The notes below the pieces were generated by a model that did not search any database, had not been told where the DNA came from, and was given only the letters and a program-made list of their open reading frames with translations. From NCBI GenBank assembly GCA_008632985.1, contig QPGO01000192.1, forward strand, positions 1 through 64,000: 64,000 nt of DNA, in the 5' to 3' direction. The translations under genes and the position numbers were made by a program. The stretch's first letter is position 1. Every line of letters begins with the position of its first letter. This stretch comes from Psammoneis japonica. Taxonomy: Eukaryota. Shown here piece by piece: positions 26,101 through 37,937 of the stretch.

Positions 26101-28342
26101 AGATGTGACGGAAGAATCAATGGAAGAATCGGCCGAGGGTGTCGACTTGGGAGCACCGACTGCAGCAGCCAACATGGCAGAGATTGGTGACTTGGGAGCA
26201 CCAACTGTGGCAGCCAACTCACCGGAGAGCAGTGACTCGGAAGCTGTTGTGGTGGATGACGCAAATTCTGGTGAGTGGCTCTGCAATGCTGGGGACTTTG
26301 ACGATGAGAACGACACGATCAACCTCCCGAGAACTCGTCAATCAATGGATCGGTTTCACGCATTGACGACATTCCATCCCCGTCCAATCCCAAAACAAAA
26401 AACATGACAAAGTTGGTTCGTCAGTTGGTGATTCAAGCTGCCACTGAGTTTGATGCAGACGGTTGGGACGACATGACAAGATTCCTTGCCAACCGTTGTG
26501 GCACTGCCTCTGTGGAGGATGCCCTCAACCACTTCTGCTTCAACCAAGAATTTTGGTGTCAGCGAGTCCAGATGTGCCCCCCCCCCCAGCAAACAAAGGA
26601 GCTGACAACACATTCGTGCTGTCCGCAATGTGGTCCAGTCTAATCCTGTGTGAAAGAGTGCTGGAGCACCAAGCTCCAACAATGCTTTGACCGTTTGGAA
26701 GAAATGTGCAAGCAAGGTCAACTCAAGGATTCTCGAGATGCAGTGATGCATCAGTGGGATGGCAAGGACAAGAATGGATTGAATCTTTGGCTCCGTTGAC
26801 GGGGATCAAATTGGTCGGAGAATTTGCATCAGAAAATGCGGGTGGCATTTGGACCCCATGGTGTTGGTGCAGAGGTGGGGCACTTCTTGCTTCTCCTTGT
26901 CACATGTCGACACAACACAAATGCTGGGATGCAACGCAGTGGTTGCCATGATTTTGGCATGCCACATCACGACATCATTGATCGAATGCAACTTCAAATG
27001 CTCAAGTTGTTTGGCTGTGATCCATTTCCCCAACACACCAATCAGTCCTTGTTCAAACCAGCAGATGATTTTGTTGCGGTTGGCGTGGGGCCATCAAATC
27101 ATGATGAAAAGTTTGTTGAGCACCAAGACACACTGGAGATCCCAAGCTCACAGGCGACTTGAAGTTTCTTGCTGGTGAGTCCTGCATGCCGTGTGTTGGC
27201 ACTCGATGCAATGTTGACATGCAAAATCTCACGCAAGTGACTCTTCTTGCTTTTTCGCAAGAATGCATGAAACTGAGAGGCCCCCGTTGCACATTAGCCA
27301 TCCAAACAAAAAGTGGATTTACAATGATTTTCTTGAGGATCATCCAAAACCCACCTGGAAAACTTGGGTTGAATTGGCAAGATTGTTCAAACTAAAAGCA
27401 GGCTGTGTCACGATTTTTCCCAAGCTCCCTTCCATGCTCAGAAGCTGACACAGGAGTTGGTGATGCTCAAGGACACCACAGGAGTGGACTGCTGCGGCCT
27501 GTTGGAAAAATTTGCAAGGCCAGGTCGGGAAGAACAGAACAAGAATCCGGCCGCGGCTTTTCAAAACCGTTCCAGCAAGCCTCCCTTGGAGCTGGCGGAA
27601 GTGGAGTTGGAGCAGACTGCCACAGAGGCTGCATTTGACAAATGCTGATGACATTTCAACCAACCCATTGCCAGTGGCACCATTGGTTGCTCCCACTCAA
27701 GCTGCCCACATTGTCAGCGCCGACAGGGACAGACGCGGGGCAGATCGACAACGGTGCAGCGCCGCTCCTTTTGGATGCCCCAACCTTGCCAAGGACTGTT
27801 CACGGTGGGGATGGCAACATTGCTCATTGGTTAAACGCAAGAGTGCTCCAGTGAACGCACCTGACTCAGAAGGTGAACGGAAAAGGTTGAAATGTGAGTG
27901 CGACAAATGACAGTCTTCCGAGAGAATGGCAGAACTCAGAAAGAAGAAAAAGGGAGCAGAAAACAACAAGCAAGCATCAATGGCAACACTTCTGTTGCAC
28001 CACAGTGTCGTGACATTTTATCCAAGCAATGTGTTGATGCCCTTGTTTTGCCATTGCTCTCATCACACCGCAGCCAAAGGTCGATCTTTGGACAGCCGAT
28101 TTAGAAAGTGCGTGAATTGAACAATTTGATTCAAATCTCACATTGAAATGACTGCACCCAAGTGTGATGCAACCTGGACCACATGTGCGGCACAAGCTGA
28201 TGACTCTTGAATGTCATCGAGGCCTCATGTGCGGTGCAAATTTTGTGCCGCACACAAGGGCACCACATTTAAGGAACGACCTTCCATGTCAGTGTGGTCC
28301 TTGTGTGCGTTTGCCCACACCATCTGACGACCTGCCCACACA
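23179..28342 (+). mobile_element. Dada-like DDE DNA transposon, copy 1 (about 5.16 kb, degenerate transposase with DnaQ/WRN exonuclease)
   Basis: ATG at 23317. CxxC..C..CG..F and QLP..FPF block, then GDHSFK, exonuclease GIDSE...HAALD, DRFH (DxxH) and RGSNxxENLH. No long TIRs. Acidic 63-bp internal repeat at about 26044-26170. Confidence 0.75.
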
Positions 28343-28733
28343 GGCATTTTTGCACCTGGTGTGGGCAAAGCGTTTTGATCAACTCAACTCGAGCGAAGCG
28401 AGAGTCATCACGCAAAAGTGACCCGGATGTCAAAGTGTTGACTCGCACGCAGTTTGCAGTGCGCAGACAACATCACCATGGGCGGAACCAGTGGCAGTGG
28501 CAACAGAAAGGGGTCTGGCAGGCCAGTCTCCCATGTCAAAGGACAAGGAACTGTTTTTGGAGCCAAGTGTGATCAAAGCAAAGAATTGGCTTGAAAGCAG
28601 AATGCTCAGCCGGCATTGACGGTTGCAGAAGCTCGGCACAAGCAACAAGCCAAGCAGCAGAAAGCAGCAGCAGTGGAGCTGCAAGCAGCCAGAGCAAGGG
28701 AAAGACAAGAGGCTCTGGAGCAAGAACGTCTTA

Positions 28734-29261
28734 ACACAGGATCCGCGGATGCACCAGGGGAATCTGCGAAATGCGGGATGAAAGGGGAAAGGGGCAAATG
28801 TGAATGGTGGAAAAGCGACATGCCATTGTTTTACCTTGAGGGACCCTTTAGTCAGCCAAACATGCTCATTGCCGATTTGACCCTCGCAGGTCCGTCCTTT
28901 CGGGGTTGTTAAATTGTGAGAGCAGACGCGGTCTCGAGAAATGATTTTGCACATTTTGTTGGACCATTGATGTCACATAAATCTGAAAACGACACACATG
29001 AAAAAAGTGAATTTTCAACTTTGTGCAACCTTCATGGCCACACATGTTGTGTGACGATCAATCCTCAAGACGCGTCCCGTCTCACAACATTTTGACACCC
29101 CCCATGAGACGGACCTGTGATGGTCAGATGAGAAAGATGCATGTTCCGCTCACCAAAGGGACCCTTGAGGCACAATGACAGCTCCTCACTTTCCCGCCAT
29201 TCCCATTTGCCCCTTTCCCCTTTCATCCCGCAATTCCCGGGTGCACCCGTGGATCCCGTGT
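28734..29261. mobile_element. MITE family B (long imperfect TIRs, inserted at a TA site)
   Basis: ACACAGGATCCGCGGATGCACC...GGTGCACCCGTGGATCCCGTGT; the empty site in copy 1 reads CTTAACAAAC; flanks TA/TG. Confidence 0.8.
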
Positions 29262-31537
29262 TGACAAACAGAAGAGTGATGAGGAACAGCAAATTCAGGC
29301 GCTGGAGAGGCTCACTGCAGTGGCAGACATCGCCAGAACTGGGTTGGCATGAGGACAGGAGGAAGGCAACGACAATGACAAGGCACATTTCAGCAACGAC
29401 GATGAAGACTGCGATGAAGACACTGAAGATGACATCAGTGAAGCAACAAAAAAGAAGTGTGAGTCGTCTCAGTGCAAACCCCAGCCTGGCTCACTGCTGT
29501 CAAATCACTTGGAAGGAGTCAAGAATGCAATCATGAGCTCCAGCAATGCAAGTGCACGAAAGAACAGCAAGCAGTGGTGTCTGCCTGATTTTTCAGCTGT
29601 GTCACTTCCGACTCTTGATCCTTTTGATTGGGCAAAGGAGGCTGCATGGGTTTTTCATTTTGATCCATTTGGCCACAATGGGAAATCCATGAGATTGGCT
29701 CTGAATGAGCACAAATGCATCCACTGCAGCAAGTGTGGCACTCTTGAGTCCAATGGGTGGCATTGTCAGCCAATGCACCTGCATTTGATTGCTGCTTGGG
29801 TTCTTCATCGGAGAATTCATTGTAGAGGGGAGGACAGGAACAAGCAGGGGTGCGGCAGAACGTTTGCGGAGTTCCATCCGAAGTTCATGTCGCAGTTGCC
29901 AAACGTTGTTTCGGAGCGATTTCCATTTCTTGTCACTGCCAGTGGAATCAGAACACAAGAGTCAACAATGTGCCAGTTTCTTCACTTGTGTGTGAAGGGC
30001 ACACTGTTTGGCACACATTGCTCTAGCATCAATGAACCAAAACACACGCAGCATTGGAAGGACAACCTTTCGCATCTTGACATGCTTTCCGACAAGGTGG
30101 ACGGTCGTGCAGCTTTTTCGTCAGCTGCTGCAGCAACTGACACATTTGTCCCACAGCCATTCTTTCCCTTTCACTCTGTGGGTGAATGTTGTGGTGTGCT
30201 GCTGAAACCACGACTCCTGAAGACGCTTTGTCTGCAGGTGCGTTTCTTGTCTCTGGCATCAATCGCAACCGTTGCACTGTCATTCTTGTCAACTCTTTCA
30301 TTTGAACTCTTTCATTTGTGTGTTGCCAGGCAATGGCCACTCTAGAACCATGTTTTCAAGCTGGCCATCAATTGCATCCAGACGAGTCGGAGAGCAGTGA
30401 TTGTTCATTCAAGTTCGCGAAAATGATGTCGGCATCGAAACGATCCGGAAAAGCATTCCTTGCAACGTGTGACTCGGCATTGCTCAGAGGCATGGTCACC
30501 TTCAATCGTTTGACCCACACCAAATCTGACAGTGAATTGAGGCCGTTTTTTCATCAGCACAAAAGTGTGAGAATCAACAGCGGCGCTGCTGAACTGAAAA
30601 GGGTGGAAGGTGATGGTGGTGGCAACTGTGGGTTGTGGCCAGAGGTTTTCAAAGAGCTCCTGCAGAAAGTGAAGCCGTGGAAAAGGAATTCTTGCAATGG
30701 ACTCCCTCGAGCTTGTCTTGCAAAAGACAAATGTGTTGTGTTCTCGACTTGCACCGAGGCTCAGAACTGGGCCCTCAGTCTTGCAGCCAAAGTCGCTTCT
30801 CTGGATGGCAAGATTGTGTGTGGCATTGACTCGGAGTGCAATCTTGATGAAACGTGATCGACAACGCGGGTGCTTCAGATGTGCTTTCCACCCCAGCTCT
30901 GCGATAAAGTCGCAATTCTTGACTTGACGGAAATGGGTCTTTTTGATGCATCTGATGTGCCGCCAGCTTTGAAGCGCCTTTTGGAAAACAAAAAGCTTGT
31001 TCCCACTGCCGTGAATGTCTCATTTGATGTTGGTGGATGCCACGCTCTTGGAATCAATGTGCCGCGAGCAATTAAAATGATGGAGTTAGCAAAACAACTG
31101 GAGCCCAATCATCCGGAGGGATGCAGCATGCAGAAGCTCTGCACTCGACTTCTTGAGGTGTGCGTTGACAAGTTCGGCCAGAATGCAGACTGGAGAATCA
31201 TGAAAATCTGCGAGGACTTAAAGGAGCATGCGGTGTTGGATCCCCATCTGCATTTGCGGCTTTGCAGTGTTTTGAAGGCCCAAATTGCAAATGCAAGGCA
31301 TGCGGGAAAGATTCCAGTGTCTGAGTTGTCGGATGGCAAGAACGTGCACCTGATGCACCACAATCAAGTTTGTGCCACGGGTGAGCTTGTCTTTGTCGGT
31401 GGCACAGGGGGCGAGATTTGCAAGCGGGGCCAAATGACCGTCAGGAGAAAGAGCAGTGTCGTGAAAGTCAAACGTGTGCTCATGCAAAGTGTCTGTCCAG
31501 CATTTAGCTGCAATGTTGCTGCAGAGGAGTGCGCAGC

Positions 31538-31723
31538 NNNNNNNNNNNNNNNNNNNNNNNNNNNNNNNNNNNNNNNNNNNNNNNNNNNNNNNNNNNNNNN
31601 NNNNNNNNNNNNNNNNNNNNNNNNNNNNNNNNNNNNNNNNNNNNNNNNNNNNNNNNNNNNNNNNNNNNNNNNNNNNNNNNNNNNNNNNNNNNNNNNNNNN
31701 NNNNNNNNNNNNNNNNNNNNNNN
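31538..31723. other. Assembly gap (N run)
   Basis: Run of n inside Dada-like copy 2. Confidence 1.
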
Positions 31724-33110
31724 GGAAGATTCAATGGAAGAATCGGCAGAGGGTGTCGACTCGGGAGCACCGACTGCAGATGTGACGGAAGAATCAATGG
31801 AAGAATCGGCCGAGGGTGTCAACTTGGGAGCACTGACTGCAGCAGCCAACATGGCAGAGAGTGGTGACTCGGGAGCACCAACTGTGGCATCCAATTCACT
31901 GGAGAGCAGTGACTCGGAAGCTGTTGTGATGGATGATGCAAATTCTGGTGAGTGGCTCTGCAATGCTGGGGACTTTTACGATGAGAAGGATGCAATCGAC
32001 CTCCCGAGAACTCGTCAATCAATGGATCGGTTTCACACATTTGACGACATTCCATCCCTGTCCAATCCCAAAACAAAAAACGTGATAAAGTTGGTTTGTT
32101 GGTTGGTGATTCAAGCTGCCATTGAGTTTGATGCAGATGGTTGGGACGACATGACAAGATTCCTTGCCGACCGTCGTGGCATTGCCTCTGTGGAGGATGT
32201 CCTCGACCACTTCTGCTTCAACCAAGAATTTTGGTGTCATCGAGTCCAGATGTGCCCCCCCCCAACAAACAAAGGAGCTGACAACACATTCGTGCTGTCC
32301 GCAATGTGGTCCAGTCCAATCCTGTGTGGAAAGAGTGCTGGAGCACCAAGCTCCAACAATGCTTTGACAGTTTGGAAGAAATGTGCAAGCAAGGTCAACT
32401 CGAGGAATCTCGAGATGCAGTGATGCATCAGTGGGATGGCAAGGACAAGAATGGATTGAATCTTTGGCTCCGTCAATGGGGATCAAATCGGTCGGAGGAT
32501 TTGCATCAGAAAATGTGGGTGGCATTTGGACCCCATGGTGTTGGTGCAGAGGTGGGGCACTTCTTGCTTCTCCTTGTCACATGTTGACACAACATAAATG
32601 CTGGGATGCAACGCAGTGGTTGCCATGACTTTGGCATGCCACATCACGATGTCATTGATCGAACGCAACTTCAAATGCTCAAGTTGTTTGGCTGCGATCC
32701 ATTTCCCCAACACACCAATCAGCCCTTGTTTAAACCAGCAGATGATTTTGTTGCGGTTGGCGTGGGGCCATCAAATCATGATGAAAAGTTTGTTGAGCAC
32801 CAAGACACACCAGAGATCCCAAGCTCACAGGCGACTTGAAGTTTCTTGCTGGTGAGTCCTGCATGCCGTGTGTTGGCACTCGATGTGATGTTGACATGCA
32901 AAATCTCACACAAGGGACTCTTCTTGCTTTTTTGCAAGAATGCATGAAACTGAGAGGCCCCCCGTTGCACATTGGCCATCCAAACGAAAAGCGGGTTTAC
33001 AATGATTTTCTCAAGGATCATCCAAAACCCACCTGGAAAACTTGGGTTGAATTGGCAAGATTGTTCAAACCAAAAGCGGACCATGTCACGATTTTTCCCA
33101 AGCTCCCTTC

Positions 33111-33507
33111 GACGCGTTCCAGCTCCAGGTGGGACCTCGTGCTGCTGCACTGTGACATCAACAGTTTTTTTGATCGCGTCGCATGTCGCGCGCGCACATT
33201 TCTGCGTGTCACATTCTACGAAATTGTTTCATGCTCCCTGTTTTGTGAAGCCAAAGGCTTTCTATTTTCAACATTCATGAGAACAAAAATGTGCTGGGTG
33301 CATTCTTTAATGTCTGAAGAACACACCCGGGCAAACCATCAGTGATGTGCTGCAAGCATGAAGGAGGAGACACGTTCGTAAAATTGCCTCTTTTTCTGTT
33401 GGCGATCATTCACATTTTCATTGCAGCACAAATTTGCTGCGGAGCTCGCACGCAGAATTCTGCAGGCCCAATGTCACACGGAGTTCCACATGGGACTGGA
33501 ACCCGTC
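33111..33507 (-). mobile_element. MITE family A-related copy
   Basis: GACGCGTTCCAG...CTGGAACCCGTC; TSD CTTC; empty site present in the other Dada-like copies. Confidence 0.9.
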
Positions 33508-33899
33508 CTTCCATGCTCAGAAGCTGCTGCAACAAGTGGAAAGTGACACAGGAGTTGGCGATGCTCAAGGACACAACAGGAGTGGACTGCTGCGGCCTGT
33601 TGGAAAAATTTGCAAGGCCAGGTCGGGAAGAACAGAGCAAGAACCCGGCTGCGGCTTTTCAAAACCGTTCCAGCAAGCCTCTCTTGGAGCTGGCGGAAGT
33701 GGAGTTGGAGCAGACTGCTGCAGAGGCTGCATTTGACAAATGCTGATGACATTTCAACCAACCCATTGCCAGTGGCACCATTGGTTGCTCCCACTCAAGC
33801 TGCCCACATTGTCAGTGCCGACAGGGACGGACACGGGGCAGACAGACGACGGTGCAGCGCCGCTCCTTTTGGATGCCCCAACCTTGCCAAGGACTGTTC

Positions 33900-34261
33900 G
33901 ACGCGTTCCAGACGTAGGTGGGAATCCGTGTGACATTGGGCCCGTAGACTTCTACGTGCGAGCTCCGTAGTAAAATTATACGGTAATTAAAATGTCAATG
34001 ATCGCCAACAGAAAATGAGGCAATTTTGCGAACGCACAAACTCGCACATGATTTAAGTACATCTGAAGAATGTAACTGGCTTATTATTGTTTCTATAAAT
34101 TTGTTATATAAAACGTCTGGGGCTTCGCAAAACAGCGAGTCTGGACAATTTTTTTTAAATATCACACGTAGAAATCTACGTGCGAAACATACGACGGATG
34201 ATAAAAATTATTGTTGTCACACGTCAGTACTACGAGCTCCCACCTAGGGCTGGAACGCGTC
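33900..34261 (+). mobile_element. MITE family A copy, TpA-rich (little mutated)
   Basis: Perfect 12-bp TIR; TSD GTTC. Confidence 0.9.
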
Positions 34262-34592
34262 GTTCACGGCGGGGATGGCAACATTGCTCATTGGTTAAAT
34301 GCAAGAGTGCTCCAGTGAATGCACCTGACTCAGAAGGTGAACGGAAAAGGTTGAAATGTGAGTGCAACAAAAAACAGTCTTCCGAGAGAATGGCAGAACT
34401 CAGAAAGAAGAAAAAGGGAGCAGAAAACAACAAGCAAGCACCAATGGCAACACTTCTGTTGCACCACAGTGTCGTGACATTTTGTCCAAGCAATGTGTCG
34501 ATGCCCTTGTTTCGCCATTGCTCTCATCGCACTGCAGCCAAAGGTCGATCTTTGGACCGCCGATTTAGAAAGTGCGTGAATTGACCAATTTG

Positions 34593-34988
34593 GACGCGTT
34601 CCAGACGCAGGTGGGAATCCGTGTGACATTGGGCCCGCAGACTTCTACGTGCGAGCTCAGCAGTGAAATCACAAGGCAATTAAAATGTCAATGATCGCCA
34701 ACAGAAAATGAGGCAATTTTGCAAATGCACAAACTCGCACATGATTGAAGTGCATCATTTTTTACTTGGCCAGTTACATTCTTCTGACATTGAAGAATGC
34801 AGCTGGCGCATTGTTGTTTCTGTGAATTTGTTGTGTGAAACGTCTGGGGCTTCGCAAAACAGCGAGTCTGGACAATTTTTTTTAAATGTCACACGCAGAA
34901 ATCTACGTGCGAAACATGCGACGGATGACAAAAATTGTTGTTGTCACACGTCAGTGCTGCGAGCTCCCACCTGGGGCTGGAACGCGTC
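34593..34988 (+). mobile_element. MITE family A copy
   Basis: Perfect 12-bp TIR; TSD TTTG. Confidence 0.9.
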
Positions 34989-35575
34989 TTTGATTCAGGT
35001 CTCACATTGAAATGACTGCACCCAAGTGTGGTGCAACCTGGACCACATGTGCGGCACAAACCAATGACTCTTGAATGTCATCAAGGCCTCATGTGCGGTG
35101 CAAATTTTGTGCTGCACACAAGGGCACCACATTTGAGGAATGACCTTCCACGTCAGTGTGGTCCTTGTGTGTGTTTGCCCACACCATCTGATGACCTGCC
35201 CACACAGGCATTTTTGCACCTGGTGTGGGCAAAGCATTTTGATTAACTCAACTCGAGCGAAGCAAGAGTCATCACGCAAAAGTGACCCGGATGTCAAAGT
35301 GTTGACTCACACGCAGTTTGCAGTGCGCAGACAACATCACCATGGGCGGAGCCGGTGGCAGCGGCAACAGAAAGGGGTCTGGCAGGCCAGTCTCCCATGT
35401 CAAAGGACAAGGAGCTGTTTTTTGAGCCAAGTGTGATCGAAGCAAAGAGTTGGCTCAAAAGCAGAATGCTCAGCTGGCATTGACGGTTGCAGAAGCTCGG
35501 CACAAGCGACAAGCCGAGCAGCAGAAAGCAGCAGCAGTGGAGCTGCAAGCAGCCAGAGCAAGGGAAAGACAAGAG

Positions 35576-36131
35576 GACGTGTTCCAGTCCCCAGGTGACG
35601 CACAAAACGACAATCGGATTTTGAACATAATTTATGCATGTTTAAGTGCACAGAGCATTTTAATAAAAACACTTAGACGGATTGACTTTTACAGGCTTCT
35701 AGAGCATGCACATTTAAACAGTTTTTTGTGGGGTGTTCAAATCCTCATGGGATGTGCATCACAAACTTCCTCAGTAGACTCAATGCTGATTGTACGTCAG
35801 CAGATTTATGCTGAGATTTTTTTGTAGGTAGAAAACCTGCCAAGTAGCATCGTAGAAAGATGTGTTTAGGTGACATCCAAATGACGGCAACATTTTCGCC
35901 GAAAATCATCCGTTGTGTTACGAATCTTTTAACGCAATGAAAAACATAGATGGCACAATGACAATGACATTGCAACACTCACACGAGTCTTGTTGGTGTT
36001 GCAAAACACACATGTTTGTATAAATCTGTGCTTTTGGTGGTGAAAGTTCGATCGTAAGTTAGGGACCGCGCAAAAATCGCGCAAATGTCGTTTTTGTGCA
36101 CGATTTGGTTCACGTGCGGCTGGAACACGTC
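35576..36131. mobile_element. MITE with family-A-type TIRs and a different interior
   Basis: GACGTGTTCCAG...CTGGAACACGTC; TSD AGAG. Confidence 0.85.
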
Positions 36132-36216
36132 AGAGGCTCTGGAGCAAGAACGTCTCAACACAGGATCCGCGGATGCACCAGGGGAATCTGCGAAATGCAG
36201 GATGAAAGGGGAAAGG

Positions 36217-36663
36217 TGCAGTGTGCATGCAGACAAAAGGTTGTTTTTGTCATGCCCTTTGTGACATTTAAAGGCTGCAACACGTTGCCGTGATTCATTG
36301 ACTCTCATCAGTGGCTGCATGTTGCACTCCTCCCCATGCATCACGCATCCATGCGGCTCTTTGCTGACGTGTGCTGACACTGCACGGTTTTGGCGGAGCA
36401 GTGTGGGCATGTGCGAAGGAACACACAGAACTGCACAGAGTTTTGCGCGTTTGACAGTGATCAACGTTGCTGCAGACAACTCCCACTCAGGGTTTCGAAC
36501 CCCTGGCCTCCTGCCCAATGGTTGCGATGAACCACTCCGCTGTGAATTCACAGTGCAGTGTGCATGCAGACAAAAGGTTGTTTTTGTCACACCCTTTGTG
36601 ACATTTAAAGGCTGCAACACGTCGCCGTGACACATTGACTCTTGTCAGCAGCTGTGTGTTGCA
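36217..36663 (-). mobile_element. TRIM-like mini LTR element (about 110-bp TG...CA terminal repeats)
   Basis: Direct repeats at 36217-36327 and 36554-36663; AAGG duplicated at the flanks; CTCCTCCCC next to the left repeat is a polypurine tract on the minus strand. Confidence 0.7.
36481..36549 (-). ncRNA. tRNA-derived (tRNA-Glu-like) degenerate sequence inside the TRIM-like element
   Basis: Minus strand CAGCGGAGTGG (A-box-like) and CAGGGGTTCGAAACCCTG (B box/T arm), ending AGTGGGA; anticodon and acceptor stems do not pair well. Confidence 0.5.
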
Positions 36664-36869
36664 AAGGGGCAAATGTGAATGGTGGAAAAGTGACACGCCA
36701 TTGTTTTACCTTGAGGGACCCTTTGGTCAGCCAAACACGCTCATTGCCGATTTGACCCTCGCAGGTCCATCCTTTCGGAGTTGTCAAATTGTGAGAGCAG
36801 ACGCAGTCTCAAGAAATGATTTCACACATTTTGTTGGACCATTGATGTCACAATGAGTGTGCTGGCCTG

Positions 36870-37287
36870 TGCAGTGTGCATGCAGGCAAAAGGTTGTTTT
36901 GTCACGCCCTTTGTGACATTTAAAGGCTGCAACACGTCGCCGTGACACATTGACTCTTGTTGGCAGCTGTGTGTTGCACTCCTCCCCATGCATCACGCGT
37001 CCATGCGGCTCTTTGCTAACGTGTGCTGACACTGCACGGTTTTGGCGGAACAGTGTGGGCACGTGCGAAGGAACATGCAGAACTGCACAGAGTTTTGCGC
37101 GTTCGACAGTGATCAACGTTGCTGCAGACAACTCCCACTCAGGGTTTCGAACCCCTGGCCTCCTGCCCAATGGTTGCGATGAACCACTCCGCTGTGAATT
37201 CACAGTGCAGTGTGCATGCAGACAAAAGGTAAAGGCTGCAACACGTCGCTGTGACACATTGACTCTTGTCAGCAGCTGTGTGTTGCA
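36870..37287 (-). mobile_element. Second copy of the TRIM-like element (part of a local duplication)
   Basis: Near-identical to 36217-36663 and followed by the same MITE B flank. Confidence 0.7.
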
Positions 37288-37937
37288 AAGGGGCAAATGT
37301 GAATGGTGGAAAAGTGACACGCCATTGTTTTACCTTGAGGGACCCTTTGGTCAGCCAAACACGCTCATTGCCGATTTGACCCTCGCAGGTCCATCCTTTC
37401 AGAGTTGTCAAATTGTGAGAGCAGACGCAGTCTCGAGAAATGATTTCACACATTTTGTTGGACCATTGATGTCACATAAATCTGAAAACGACACACATGA
37501 AAAAAGTGAATTTTCAACTTTGTGCAACCTTCACAGCCACACATGTCATGCGACGATTGATCCTCAAGACGCGTCCTGTCTCACAACATTTTGACACCCC
37601 CCATGAGACGGGCCTGTGATGGTCAGATGAGAAAGATGCATGTTCGGCTCACCAAAGGGACCCTTGAGGCACAATGACAGCCCCTCACTTTCCCACCATT
37701 CCCATTTGCCCCTTTCCCCTTTCATCCCACAATTCCCGGGTGCACCCGTGGATCCCGTGTTGACAAACAGGAGAGTGATGAGGAAAAGCAAATTCAGGTG
37801 CTGGAGAGGCTCACTGCAGCGGCAGACATTGCCAGAGCTGGGTTGGCGTGAGGACAGGAGGAGGGCGACGACGATGAAAGCTGTGATGAAGACACTGAAG
37901 ATGACATCAGTGAAGCAACAAAAAAGAAGCGTGAGTC

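Larger units (their letters stand above)
28343..35206 (+). mobile_element. Dada-like transposon, copy 2, with four nested MITEs and an assembly gap
   Basis: Begins directly after copy 1 at the junction CCCACACA|GGCATTTT; colinear with copy 1. Confidence 0.8.
36158..37760. mobile_element. MITE family B copy containing TRIM-like insertions
   Basis: Same termini and same insertion site as 28734-29261; flanks CA/TG. Confidence 0.75.

Noticed and set aside
36481..36549. Functional tRNA gene
   Set aside because: The anticodon arm is short and unpaired and the acceptor stem does not close; kept only as tRNA-derived sequence.
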